A DNA stretch of 61,997 bases, filler included, from Choristocarpus tenellus KU-1152 (lineage: Eukaryota > Protista > Phaeophyceae), in NCBI GenBank assembly GCA_964200185.2. It is 6 parts of 6 records of this genome, joined end to end, with 100 filler letters (N's around TTAATTAATTAA, not from the genome) between each part and the next. Parts side by side here need not be neighbours in the genome. Positions count along the whole stretch, not along the records: positions 50,466 to 61,997 come from CAXNAD020002274.1; 5 more parts are not named here. The stretch is one strand, 5' to 3'. The first letter of the stretch is position 1; each line of letters starts with the position of its first letter. Of this stretch, positions 50,976 to 61,997 are shown in pieces. The notes beneath the pieces were generated by a model. That model saw nothing but the letters and a program-made list of their open reading frames with translations. It had not been told where the DNA came from and ran no database searches. Position numbers and translations under genes: made by a program.

Positions 50976-53900
50976 CGATCATGATGATTTGTGGGTTATA
51001 GTAGGCTTGACACAGCAGGGTCTCAGCCAGGTTGCTGGGTACCACCGTCCCTGCTGCAAAGCCCTTGGACAGGGACCAATGCATGTTGCTTCTCCAACCC
51101 TTACTGCGTTGTTCCACTCCACCACCCCCATTGCTGCTTCCCCCTTCCCCCCCAACATAATGCCCCTTGCTCGCCACACCGATGCTCCCCGGACGACCAT
51201 CAAACCTGTCACTTAAAGGAGTATTCAGGGACATCTTTGGCGAATAGGAATACCCCCTCCTAGTGAGCCCATTGTGAGGAGGTTTCTGCGAACTTGGAGA
51301 TCTCTTGGTGCCAGAAAAATTGACCCTCCTCATTGGCAACTCACGCGAGACAGGATGCGAAGAAGGTGAGTCGGACGAAAATCGGTTGGGTGGCTCCTGC
51401 GGAATGCTGGTGAAATATGAGTACATGGAATGGCGCACACGCTCAACGAGAATCTCGTGTTGGTTTCCGTAACTCATATCATTCAGCTCCACCACGACAC
51501 GCCTGTTGGGACCTGCAACGGCCATGATCTTGTTGCGGAGAGTCAAAAAGATTACCCTTATGACTAGGGTTAGAGCTGAAGTGGATGCAGGGCAGTAGGG
51601 TTGGTGCGAAATATTGAGGTTGGAAGTTTAGGGAGAGTGGAGAAGGGCCTTGATTGAACAGGATTCAAGAGGTAGCATATTGTTGGCATTGATGTCCATA
51701 GCCAGTGATGCAACAACAAAACATACATACAGAGAGTACAGTTCTACTGCAATTGCATGCCAAGGATTTGATGCTTAGGTGGGTGTATTGCAGCTATGGT
51801 GGTAGCTTGATAGCCCAAGATTACCAAAATTTTCAACAGCACACCACTTTCTTAGATGTGCAGTAAACTGTCAGCACGTCCTGCTTCCACTACTACCTCC
51901 ACGATAGAGTACTCAAGTACATACTGCATCCACTTACCACTAGGTCTGAGCCTATAGGACATCTCACCACACGTCCGGCAGATCTGTTTCAACCCTTACC
52001 AGGATATACCCTCAAAGAGGACTACCCCCACCAACCTCCCAACCCACCTCAACAAGCTGTCCAATTGTCTCGTCGTCAACCTCATTGCTGTCCTGCTCTG
52101 GAAAACTCTTCCCAGCCTTGACTACTATCTGGTGTGCACGCTCTGCACCTGCCATCAGCAGGCTACGGCGGTCAGGGGGTCCCACAACTAGCTGTACCTG
52201 GGAGAGTGGTCCACGAAGGGTGCAGAAACAGTTCGGTTACTGAATTTCATACAATTTCGTACAAATTCTTGTGTTGGGGGGGATTATGATAAGTGGGACA
52301 GTGTACTTGGCACCATGGCCAGGCGTGGTAGGGTAGGCACAGGTGGTTTAGATTTAGGGCTTCGTGGAAGAGAAGCTCCTTTGAAGGGGGAAGGGATCGG
52401 GTTGTATTGAATACTAAACTGGAAGCGTGGGTAGGCTAGGTTTGGGCAGGGAAATTGTGAAGAGATATGGTACATACTAGTGTGTTGAAAATACTTAAGC
52501 AATGCGGTCAAGTTTTTTTTCCAAGTGCCTCCAGGAGCTACTACTCAAGGAGGAATAGTTTTCTTATTTTTTCAACTCTTTCCTCATTAAAAGGTCCTAG
52601 TTTTCTGAGGTGCTGTCACTGCATTAATGTGGGAAAGTGCCTATGGGCAGGATTCTTCGGTCCCTACGGCACTGATTCAAAGTATCTGGGGGAGGGAGGG
52701 TCTACACCAGGGTGTCCATTTGGACCAAAATCAGGAAAAGTGTATTTTCATTATCCATCCAATGTATGCAACAGAATCACCCAAAAATCACAACATGAAA
52801 AATTGACCCCAAATGGACAGCCACCACCACCCCCCCCTGATACTTTGAGCCACTAATATGCCAAGAACAATATCTGCAGTGCCCCACTCCATCTGGAACT
52901 GCTACCTAGTACACATGTCAGATCTCCACCCAAGATCACAGTTGAGTGAGTGCTGCGGGCTATTTGGTCAGATGGAACTCTGAAGCATCAGAGGCTATTC
53001 CCCAATCAAAGCATGCAATATCAATCTTTGCACAACCTGATAAGTTTTAAGAGATCAAGGACCAGTGCTAAGGTAAATACCATGTTCTATTATCTTACCT
53101 AAGCCTATGAATGTAAAAACGGCTAGGATGCACTACTACTCAGGAGCTTACTTGTGCACAGCCCTGAAAAATCGTCTATTGACTTTGTGGAGGTTCTCAT
53201 TGATCGTAATTTTTCAGGAAATTCAAAGTGTCCCTCGTTCAGATTGATCGTAATTTTTGGTGGAACTCAACGCAATAGTAATATAAACTATAGATGTTGA
53301 CTCTTACGGCAACACTGATGCCCACAGCAGTATTCTAGACCAATACACAAGAATTTCCTAACGCTCTGAACATTGATTACAAAAGCAGAGGAGGAACATC
53401 GAAAAATAAACTATCCTTCCCCGTGTGCTATTGTACACTCCTTGTAAGCCCTTTTGTACCTGAGGAAACTGACGCAACTTATATGCCTCTGCTTCATCCC
53501 TCGCCCGGTTCCATCTGTGCATTGGGCACACAATCACAACCCTGGCCTTGGGTGCGTGGGGGGTACTGAGAACCCCAACAAGGGTCGCAACCTCCAGCAG
53601 TGTTGGCGTCACCAGTACAATGTGACCTTCCCATGCTGCTTCTTGCACTTTCTGGTCAGCTTCAGCACGGACAACAATACCAGTACCCCTATCTGCTTTT
53701 GAGACAGCGTCAACACCTGGGAGCTTTCCATGTATAACTCCCCCTTCTGCTCCATTCCTCGTCATTAACTTTGAGGTTTTTTCCGTTGGAGAGCAACCTT
53801 TCCCCTGTTCATGCCCTGGTCGAAAAGGCCAGCGTTGGTTACCTCCTGATCCTCCCCTTCTGAATCCCCGGTTGATCTTGCCGAAGGTAGAGGGGCCATT

Positions 53901-54293
53901 TCCACTTCCTTCTCGTGCAGAGAGGAGATTGGTGGCCGACTGGCTGCTGAGCAAACCACTTTGAGCTTTGGCAATGGTCCCCATGGCTTCCTGAACTATC
54001 GACTCTGCGACATCCGCATCATTGGCCACGATGAATCCAAGATCAGTCTGTTGTCTCAATCAAGGGTGTGTGTGGAGGGGAGGAAATGCATGGGTATCAG
54101 ACGGCTGCTTAGGGAGGGGGTGGTGGAATGGGAGAGAGGTGGAAGTCACAGCACTTGTTCAATTTGGTGTACTTCTTGGTGCATTTAAATTTTTGCATTA
54201 AACTTTCTTATCCCTCGGACTACGTTGAAAGTTTGTTCAACACTGGTGGTCACTCGAGGTCTACACACCTCTCATTCTTCTCAACGCATAGCA

Positions 54294-54324
<31 letters not shown>

Positions 54325-55484
54325 CCCCTTGTTCGGCCCCATCAATTAAGTTTATCCACAATACACAGGAAGGTAAAGGAATACCTGAACTGCAACATCA
54401 TATATTCTTGAGTACAGGTTTGGTTCTCTGTCCCTTGCAATGTGCATGGCTGGCCATTGCAGGAACGTTGGGTATAGTGGTTGCGCTAACGAGTGTAGAC
54501 TGGGATGAAAATATGAATGTTTAGAACATCAAGGCCTTTGGACCAACTCTTTTTATTCATCTACTGCATCAATTTGAAGAACTTCAGCTTCATGAGCACA
54601 CACACTTGTAGTAAGGGATGGTGTGCTTGTAGCACAATCTTCCCCTTTCCCTAGGGCAGCTTATCAGTGTCTTCAGTTCATATCTTTGGAAGGGAGGGAT
54701 CAGGCTCTGGCCTCTCCCCCAAAACGACAGATGAGCATCGGTGATAGCTGGGGAGGTACTATTGGATGAAACTGACTGAAAGATACACACCGTTGGTTGC
54801 ATCATAGGGATCCTCAGAAGTGCCCCAAAAACATGTCTTGATATTGTATATCACAAAGAGGACTTGTTGCTCAATTGTGGTGTTTTTTTTTGTTATTGGC
54901 CTCTCTTCTGCAGTGTCGCCTCTGTTGCTGGGGGCTTCTGTTTTGTTTATGCAATAAATTGAAATAGAGCATGTTGCAAAGGGAGTAAAAAAAATAAAAT
55001 AAAAATAATGTAAAAAAACGACCGAAACGGATGTACCCCTTAGGTATTAAGCAACAGTATGACCCTTGTTCACTCAACACACTTGTGGCTGATTAGGCAA
55101 GGTGCCGCTATTCTAGGGTGCTCGTGTTATATCACACTCACCGGGGTGATGATATATCCGGATCCAGGATGCAGCACCACATGTCTGTCCTCGCTAATGC
55201 CCAACAATATCACACCGTGGAGATGAAATAGCTCCAAAACAAGGGCGCTGAAGTCATGGCCGGCAAAGGATCCGATAGACACAACATAGATTTCTGCTCA
55301 AAAACCAAATCAGTACAAAAAGGAGCGATTGAAGTGGGTTTGGGGGGGGCGGGGGGCGGGGGACGGGGGGTGGGGGGGTAGGAGGCATAGGTGAAGATTT
55401 TCGTGGGGAAGGAGAAACTTCAGGCGAAAGATGGNNNNNNNNNNAGAAGAAGTGGGGGTTGGGGCGAAAAGGAAGGGGGGGGGA

Positions 55485-55550
<66 letters not shown>

Positions 55551-58500
55551 AGGAGGCATAGGTGAAGATTTTCGTGGGGAAGGAGAAACTTCAGGCGAAA
55601 GATGGGGGAGAGGGGATGGGTCATGACAGAAGGACAATTGGGAAGGAATGTGTGAACAGAAGATATAGGCGAAGGAGTAGCATAGTCGTATGCTTGATAT
55701 CTGATTTCAGTTTGGACAGGTTTACCTCAACCTCAAAACCAAGCCGCCCTTTTTCAATCTAGACTCCAAAGCGCAGTGTTTACTTAGATTATTGTGCACC
55801 CACGAGCACCTCATCCTTTCCAAACTTCCATTTCCCGCTAGCTCTACAATTGTCGTAGAGGTCCTCCCTTGTACCTGTGCTGCTAGCTGCTCTCACCTTT
55901 TCCAAGCCCAATAGCGTATTCCCTCAGCCAGGCAGGCATATCCATCTGCTCGTTAATGGATGCCGATACCTGTTTCCCATCAAGCAGTTGCAGCAGTCAT
56001 GAGGTTATGATGTAGTGGTGGTGGGGCAATCAGTCCTTGGTAGGTGTGTTTGTGGAAGGGAATATACAAAGAAATATTCAATCTTTCAAGGGTACTGAAG
56101 GAAGGAGGGGGGAAACTACATATTACTCGAGTACAGAGAACAACAGTGACTCCAAGGAATTGAATGCACTGTTGTTTGATCATGCTCTCGAGCACAAGAA
56201 ACGTGCAATGGCTTGGGGAAAACTTGTTGGAATACCGAAGTGGATTGAAAGCAAGACCATGGAATCAAGAGGGGCCCTATGATCAGGCAGAGAAACATAC
56301 CTTGAGTGCCCTGGCTATCATAATGAAGATGGGTAATATCAGGTCACCACTTCATATTTCAGAATAGTGTGTAAAAAATCACTTTTTCAAAGAGTAATGC
56401 GTATGAGTAAGTTTACAGGCAATGTCTCTAACAAAAAAATCCCAGGACATTCCCTGAGACAGTTTCTGTGGTTAGTGTCCATCAGTTGGGAGATCAGAGA
56501 TGGGAGATGGGAGATGCACGTCATCTTGTGGATACAGCCTCCTATTGATCCCCTACACATATCGACTACTACATCCTGTGTACTGTCTCCCCTGTGGAGA
56601 TCTCCTGCCTTACCAAGAGATTGTTCACGAGAGTGGATGCACCTTCCCAAAGGCATGCATGCGCCAGCATCTTGGTATTTATTGTCTCTGCGCACACAAT
56701 CCTAGCAGGGTTTATTCCCACCTTACTTGTTAGAACGTTGACAGGAAAGTACAGGAGAGAGGGCCGTGTTGTCGGGTAGGTGCTCATACCATGAGACTGA
56801 GAGATTTCTGATTTGAATAGGGTATGAAGATTTTTCCTTCAACCCTGTCCGAGCAACGTCTTGCTGCAGCAGGAACAGTGATGCAATTTCTTGAGTTATG
56901 CAAGGATTTGGAAAGTACAAGCAATGGCGTGGTAGGTAAGTGATATTGTACACGCAAGATCTATTCAAATCCTGAGGTACTGTGAGAACAAGAAACATTG
57001 GCCTGGACGGAGTACAAGACATCTACTCTGTAACCCCACAACCTGACACACTAAGAGCACAAAAAAATGAGACTAAACAACGAAATTGAAAGCGTTCTCT
57101 ACTGCTGTTTGGATAAGGTTCTAAATCTGCAATTTGTAGAGCCAAACCTGTCTTAGAGGGGGGACTCTTTAGGCCCTTCTGAATATTTTGGGCCTATTGA
57201 AACGTTCTGCCTGACACCCCATGTCTGAAACGCAGCTAACCCCCATTAGATGGCTGTTGTTCTTGAAGAGAAGGCAATGGTCTGTTCCCATATAAGTGCT
57301 AAACTGTCCTCCAGGAGGAGGCTAGAAGCATATGTACGAGAAGGCAGTCACCATTCAACAAAGAACTCCCTCAAAGATAGGATGGCCTGTATCCCTGTCA
57401 TTGGTAGCTTAGGGTGGACTGTTGCTCAAACATGTGAGGGTATCTCCCCCATGAACATGTTTTGGGGCCTGAGTGCTCACATAGAGCAAAAAAAATCTTG
57501 GAGCAAATGTTCTGTCCCAGGGTCTTTTGTCCCATTGGCAGTTGCGGAGTCCAATATCAAGACCAGCTTCTCCTCACCAGTTTATTTCTGAGGATATCAC
57601 TTGCTCAGTCTCCAGAGGTGCTGCCTTTCTTGCTGGAGGCAAAATACGATCAGCACGAAGTGCTGAGCTTGATACTGAATCCAATTTCCCTCTTGACTGA
57701 GGACATCTACATATATATCGGATCACCAACAAGCCCAACTACCACAGTGTGCCGATTCCGGTCCTGAACCGTGCATTCCCACAGAGTCAACATCCAGGGG
57801 GATGGCAGCAGGTCTTTCATCTGCAACCTCCACACGACTCGAAGACTCTTTCATTTTGCACGCCATCCAGGTACAAGCTCGCAAGGCTTCCACTCTACTA
57901 CTAGGGACTGCGGATGAGGAGAACCATCTCCGGTACAACAAGGGCCGTGAAGAGTACGAGCACCACGGTATGTCAAGGCTAATTTATTGCTCCTCATTCT
58001 ACACGGCTATCACAACATAGTAGTCACTCCGCCCATGGAAGGCTTACTATCAATTTTCACAGTTTTCCCACTATGATAGGAATGATCCAAAGAGAGGTTT
58101 GGTCGAGAGTATACAAGCCCTCACCAAGAACATACAGAACAATCGCCCTAGAACATATATAAAAGAAAATGTGATGAGAACCCTCCGGGAAAATGGACGG
58201 ATGTGTTAGTGTCAGGAGGGTCGAGTCTGCTCTGGATTCTGGAGAGTCAAGGGACACAATAGACTCAGATTATTTTGATAGACAGCAAGGAGGAACAAAA
58301 CAGCAGCAAACATCATCTCTATTTGACATCGGTCAAAACGAGTTTTCTTGAAAGAACAGTGTGAAAGTGTAGATACAATACATTGCGATTGCCATCATCG
58401 CATTGGCAGCAGTCAATAGCCGTGCTTTCTAACTCCCTAACTAGATACGGCTGCTTTGGGAACCCTACTCCCCTAATCGTTCACAATCACCCCACCATGC

Positions 58501-61500
58501 GGAAATGAACTAGAATATAAGCTCATACTGCAGCAAAAATACGGAGGCAAGCACGCTGCTTGCCTACGAACACCACATTCAACTAAGATGTAAAATATGC
58601 AAGGTTACCCCTTATCTTCTGGATATATATTTTTTATATATACACATAAAACAGTTCTTTTTTCTCGTAAGTATACTACGTACACACGCCAAATAATGCG
58701 ATCACCTGCTTTCCCACACACACGCTATCAGTACACGAGGAAACCATGTAAGGAGAGAGAGAGAGAGAGAGAGATTTTCAATGTCTTAGCAGGCATTTAA
58801 ACATACGGTACTTGAGAGTTAGTCGTTCACATCCTTACCTTTCATTAATCTGTAGTCACGTACATACATGCTATCTATGCATATATATATTCTTTCGTTC
58901 TGTTACTGTTCTACTATGTGCAGCTCCATTTGAACCGGCTTTTTCTATTCCACACACAGGCGGTGCCCTCAACAGCGTGCCGCGAAAAAAGAGGGGTTAG
59001 TGTGCTGTAGTAGCAATACACTAGACAACACAGAACGACAGTAGCGCCTTGAAATATGGAGCGAGTGAGTGACCCAAACACAACCTTTATCAGCCTTTGG
59101 TGCATGACCGGGGTGAGGGCTTCAACGAAGAGAAGGATATCTGGGTTGAAGTCCTGGATGTTGATGGCTCGAATGAAGGTCCTCCTCTCTTCCTCTGCTA
59201 CGTTGCTGCTGTGCCTTGTGAAGACAGATAGTGACGTATTTTTTGTTTGTTTTCGTGGGTCGGCATGGTACGAGATACAACAAAAAACGATAAGACGCTT
59301 GCCTAGTTTTGTGTTGGGTATGATATGTGAATGACCCTAGGGAACGTTGACACGACTGAGCTTGAGGCCTCTGGGGAGTGCAGCATCACAACCTTCAGGC
59401 ATGCAGAATGCAGGGGACATAAAGCCGATTCTATGATGAGAATGACGAAAACATGGATTGAATTGGTCACGTGTTCTACCCAGTTCTCCTTTCTGTGCGT
59501 ATTGAGATTCCACTGAGACATCCCCCCCAATACAGCTTGAGAGAACAGCACTTTGAACCTTAGAATGTTAGGAGGCTAGAACTAGATCAAAAGAGAATGG
59601 TCTCGTGAAGCTTGCCACAGCGTGGATTAGCAGAGCGGTACCTCGGTACTACGCAGGTTGTACCTGTTGGAGAGGATGAAGCAAGATGAGGCCTTGTCAG
59701 CACTCACTCTCAGCAAGTCTGAAGTGCTTCTTAGGTCGCCTTTCAGGTAGGTGACCCGATCATTCGCGGAGAACCTTAGGACCAGCCCCTTCCACGCCAT
59801 GGTGGGTTCAGTAGGCACAAGCAGGACCTGTTGAGTTCGACGGTTTTTCCAAAAGCAGGAGCAACTTTTCAACATTGTATTCACTTGTTTTTTGCAGTGA
59901 TACTTCACAGGTGTGAAAAAGTGGTGGATGGAGGTTCAGGGGTGCCATTGGTGCAGCTCTTCATTGTCAGGTTGTTACAGGTCTCTGAGATGAATAAATA
60001 TTCCTTTATTCCTAGATGCACGGCCCCAATCAAATCACCCGAAAGAATGACGTAGATCTAAGACACGCGACTGTGAGCAGGGAACATGATAGGGCAGTGT
60101 AAGAAAAACACAAAATAGTGGAACAAGAACCTGTTGAGGTGCGGTCAATACTACTAAATATACTACAGCGATGTGTAAAGTACTGGTAGCATTTTCTTGA
60201 GCGTAACTGACCAAGTGCTTCGAGTTATACCCATGATCCTCATGGAAAAACTCCTCTAGAAATGCGGCCACCAGGTTGCAGCTGGATGAGTCGCATCCAA
60301 CGATCACATGGTCCCCTACGAGGTGCTTGGGAAGAGAACCCTGAGAAGGAATGGGGTAGGGCATGGGAGAGTAGTGACGTTGGGTACCATGAATAGGGAG
60401 GAGGTGCGCAAGGGTGGGATGGGAAAAGTAGAGAGGAGTGGAGAAAGATGAGGATGGCATAGAGATAAAAATAGTAAGGGATAGTAGCAGCCAGAGTTTC
60501 CAATTTAAGGGGAGTGAACAAATTGGGCGTGGTTGGCCATCCTGTTATTTTGTTGTCGGGAACAATTTTGCTGTAGGCAGCCACCAGTGAGGAGCAAATC
60601 TGTAGTGCATAATAAAATAGCTTTGTTGAATGCTGTGGAGAACTGCTGAGATGATATCTTGACTGTCGGCCCTCTTTTTGCTGTTCTCGTTCAGAGAAAA
60701 ATCATTGGAGATGGCTTAAGTAACCCCTTGTGTATGCAAGAGTTTTCCCGACAACAGAGAGCAGTGACAGCAACATGGTGCACTTTAGTGGTATGTAGTT
60801 AGTTCCCCTTGCCAAGTGAATGTGTACGCATGAGACACTGTTCTAGAAGCAATATGCTTTCAAAACATCCTGTGCGAAATATGGTGTACCTCGAAGTCTG
60901 CACCTCCAAGCATGAGATACTTGAAGTGAAACTAGAAACCCTCTGTCATGCTTGGGTCACGTGTTGAACACACTCTTTGACTACATCCTCTCTGCAACAC
61001 ACACCACACCACACGCCCTCTGCTTTTGAACTTCCAGTTGGGTCCGTCAGTAATTTTCTACTTGTTCATCACTTCCTCCCTGGATTAAAGAAGTCTACAA
61101 ATTAGATGTACTCTACATACCACTATTGAAGGTTAGATGTGTGACATAGGTGCACTGAGAAAAGCTTTGGAGGGCTGCTTGTTTTAATGGAGCGGACAAG
61201 CCTTCCGACTGTTGAGGTGTGGGTTCATCGCCTTTCTGCACCACAGCAAATAATGCCAACCTACGACTGTGGTGCGACACATTTCCTGAAGACAAACATG
61301 ATAAGGAAAATACTCTTGATGCCCTGTCGCTCACCTTCACTTTGAGTGTTACTTTGATGGTACAATTTCGTGGATGAATTATGTAGCATGAGGCTTACCA
61401 TGCTGAAGGGGCATTCCATTCACCATTATAGCCGCCCAACATGTTCGAAGGGCCTCATAGATTGGCCTAGAGATTTGATCTCTAGAGCAACTCTTCCTCA

Positions 61501-61853
61501 TGTTGGCATCTCTCAGGGATGGGGTCTCTACATAGAGCGCTGTTCTTCTTACGATAAAGAAGAGACTATCCATGGCCGATAATCAACACCACCAGTACAG
61601 AAAAGTGTTTCAAAGGGCAGACAAATTGTTCAAGACTGACTTCCCTTTCTTCCCCTCATTCTTTGTGCAGGGTTTTGGGTGCACAGGTCTTTCGAGAGGA
61701 AAATGACCTACCGTGTACTTGCTACTGAGGTCAAGGAGCTGGTTGAGGCGGTTGAGCTCCCTAGGAACAACAAAGAAGAAGAAGCCCACCAGGGTCATCA
61801 CCACAAGTCGGCTGGTGGTGTCGGGGGGGCTGATGTCTCCATAGCCCACGGTG
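50976..61853 (-). CDS. Slo/BK-family (KCNMA1/KCNT-like) potassium channel: pore, S6, RCK1 and most of RCK2; partial at both ends
   Basis: Exons 61853-61712 (TVGYGDISP selectivity filter, S6), 60340-60212 (HVIVG..FLEEFFHEDH), 59827-59664 (VTYLKGDLRSTSDLLRVSADKASSCFILSNR), 59214-59085, 56721-56614 (RIVCAETINTKMLAHACLWEGASTLVNNLL), 55969-55897 (WLREYAIGLGKE), 55293-55142, 54047-53460 (GHIVL), 52197-52048, 51528-50976 (VVVEL...FAAGTVVPSNLAETLLCQAYYN). All GT-AG and phase-consistent. Confidence 0.93.
52674..52851 (+). mobile_element. 178-bp MITE, intact copy with apparent 3-bp TSD (ACT)
   Basis: ACT|GATTCAAAGTATCTGGGGG ... CCCCCTGATACTTTGAGCC|ACT, in a K+ channel intron. Confidence 0.88.
55372..55606. 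repeat. ~60-bp exact direct duplication around a 10-N gap and a long poly-G run
   Basis: GGGGGTAGGAGGCATAGGTGAAGATTTTCGTGGGGAAGGAGAAACTTCAGGCGAAAGATGG occurs twice. Probably an assembly overlap artefact. Confidence 0.8.
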
Positions 61854-61997
61854 CTGTTGTATAGATGATAGATGGAGTATATACAAACATTTCCATACGT
61901 ATGTGCATGTCCAGGGGAGTGGTGCTAAAGGTTAAAGGGGGCGGGGGGGGGGGGAAGGCGGGGGGTAAGGCAAGCATGTAGACTTATTGGCTTTGTA

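Noticed and set aside
55254-55637. Poly-proline ORFs / G-quadruplex island
   Set aside because: Long poly-G next to an N gap with an exact flanking duplication; likely a sequencing or assembly artefact within an intron.
57250-58020. Plus-strand ORFs nested in a K+ channel intron
   Set aside because: Short overlapping ORFs with no recognisable domain; possibly decayed repeat sequence.

Overview
Eukaryotic, intron-rich genomic DNA. It is probably a ciliated stramenopile such as a brown alga; that is an inference from the TTAGGG-type repeats, long introns, a DNAAF9-like gene and a plant/oomycete-type mariner. The window is six contigs (1-9034, 9135-12764, 12865-21634, 21735-44893, 44994-50365, 50466-61997) joined by identical 100-nt artificial spacers (N44-TTAATTAATTAA-N44), so adjacency across spacers should not be interpreted. 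Exons were assembled by hand from splice signals and phase. Two genes are complete: RPF1 (Brix domain, 7 exons, 307 aa) and SRPRA (SRP receptor alpha, 15 exons, 641 aa, one apparent GC-AG intron). Five are partial: an ABCC/MRP transporter, a steroid 5-alpha-reductase (SRD5A/DET2-like), an hnRNP A/Musashi-like RRM protein head-to-head with SRPRA, a DNAAF9/C20orf194-like C-terminus and a Slo/BK-family K+ channel. Introns and intergenic DNA hold a decayed mariner transposase, a ~180-bp MITE family that coincides with contig ends, a probable tRNA-derived SINE family, a possible piggyBac-like element, two minisatellites and many interstitial telomere-like tracts. I found no convincing wholly novel system. 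The best leads are a candidate poison exon in the RRM gene, a Slo channel lacking the calcium bowl, and telomere-repeat tracts positioned like splicing signals.
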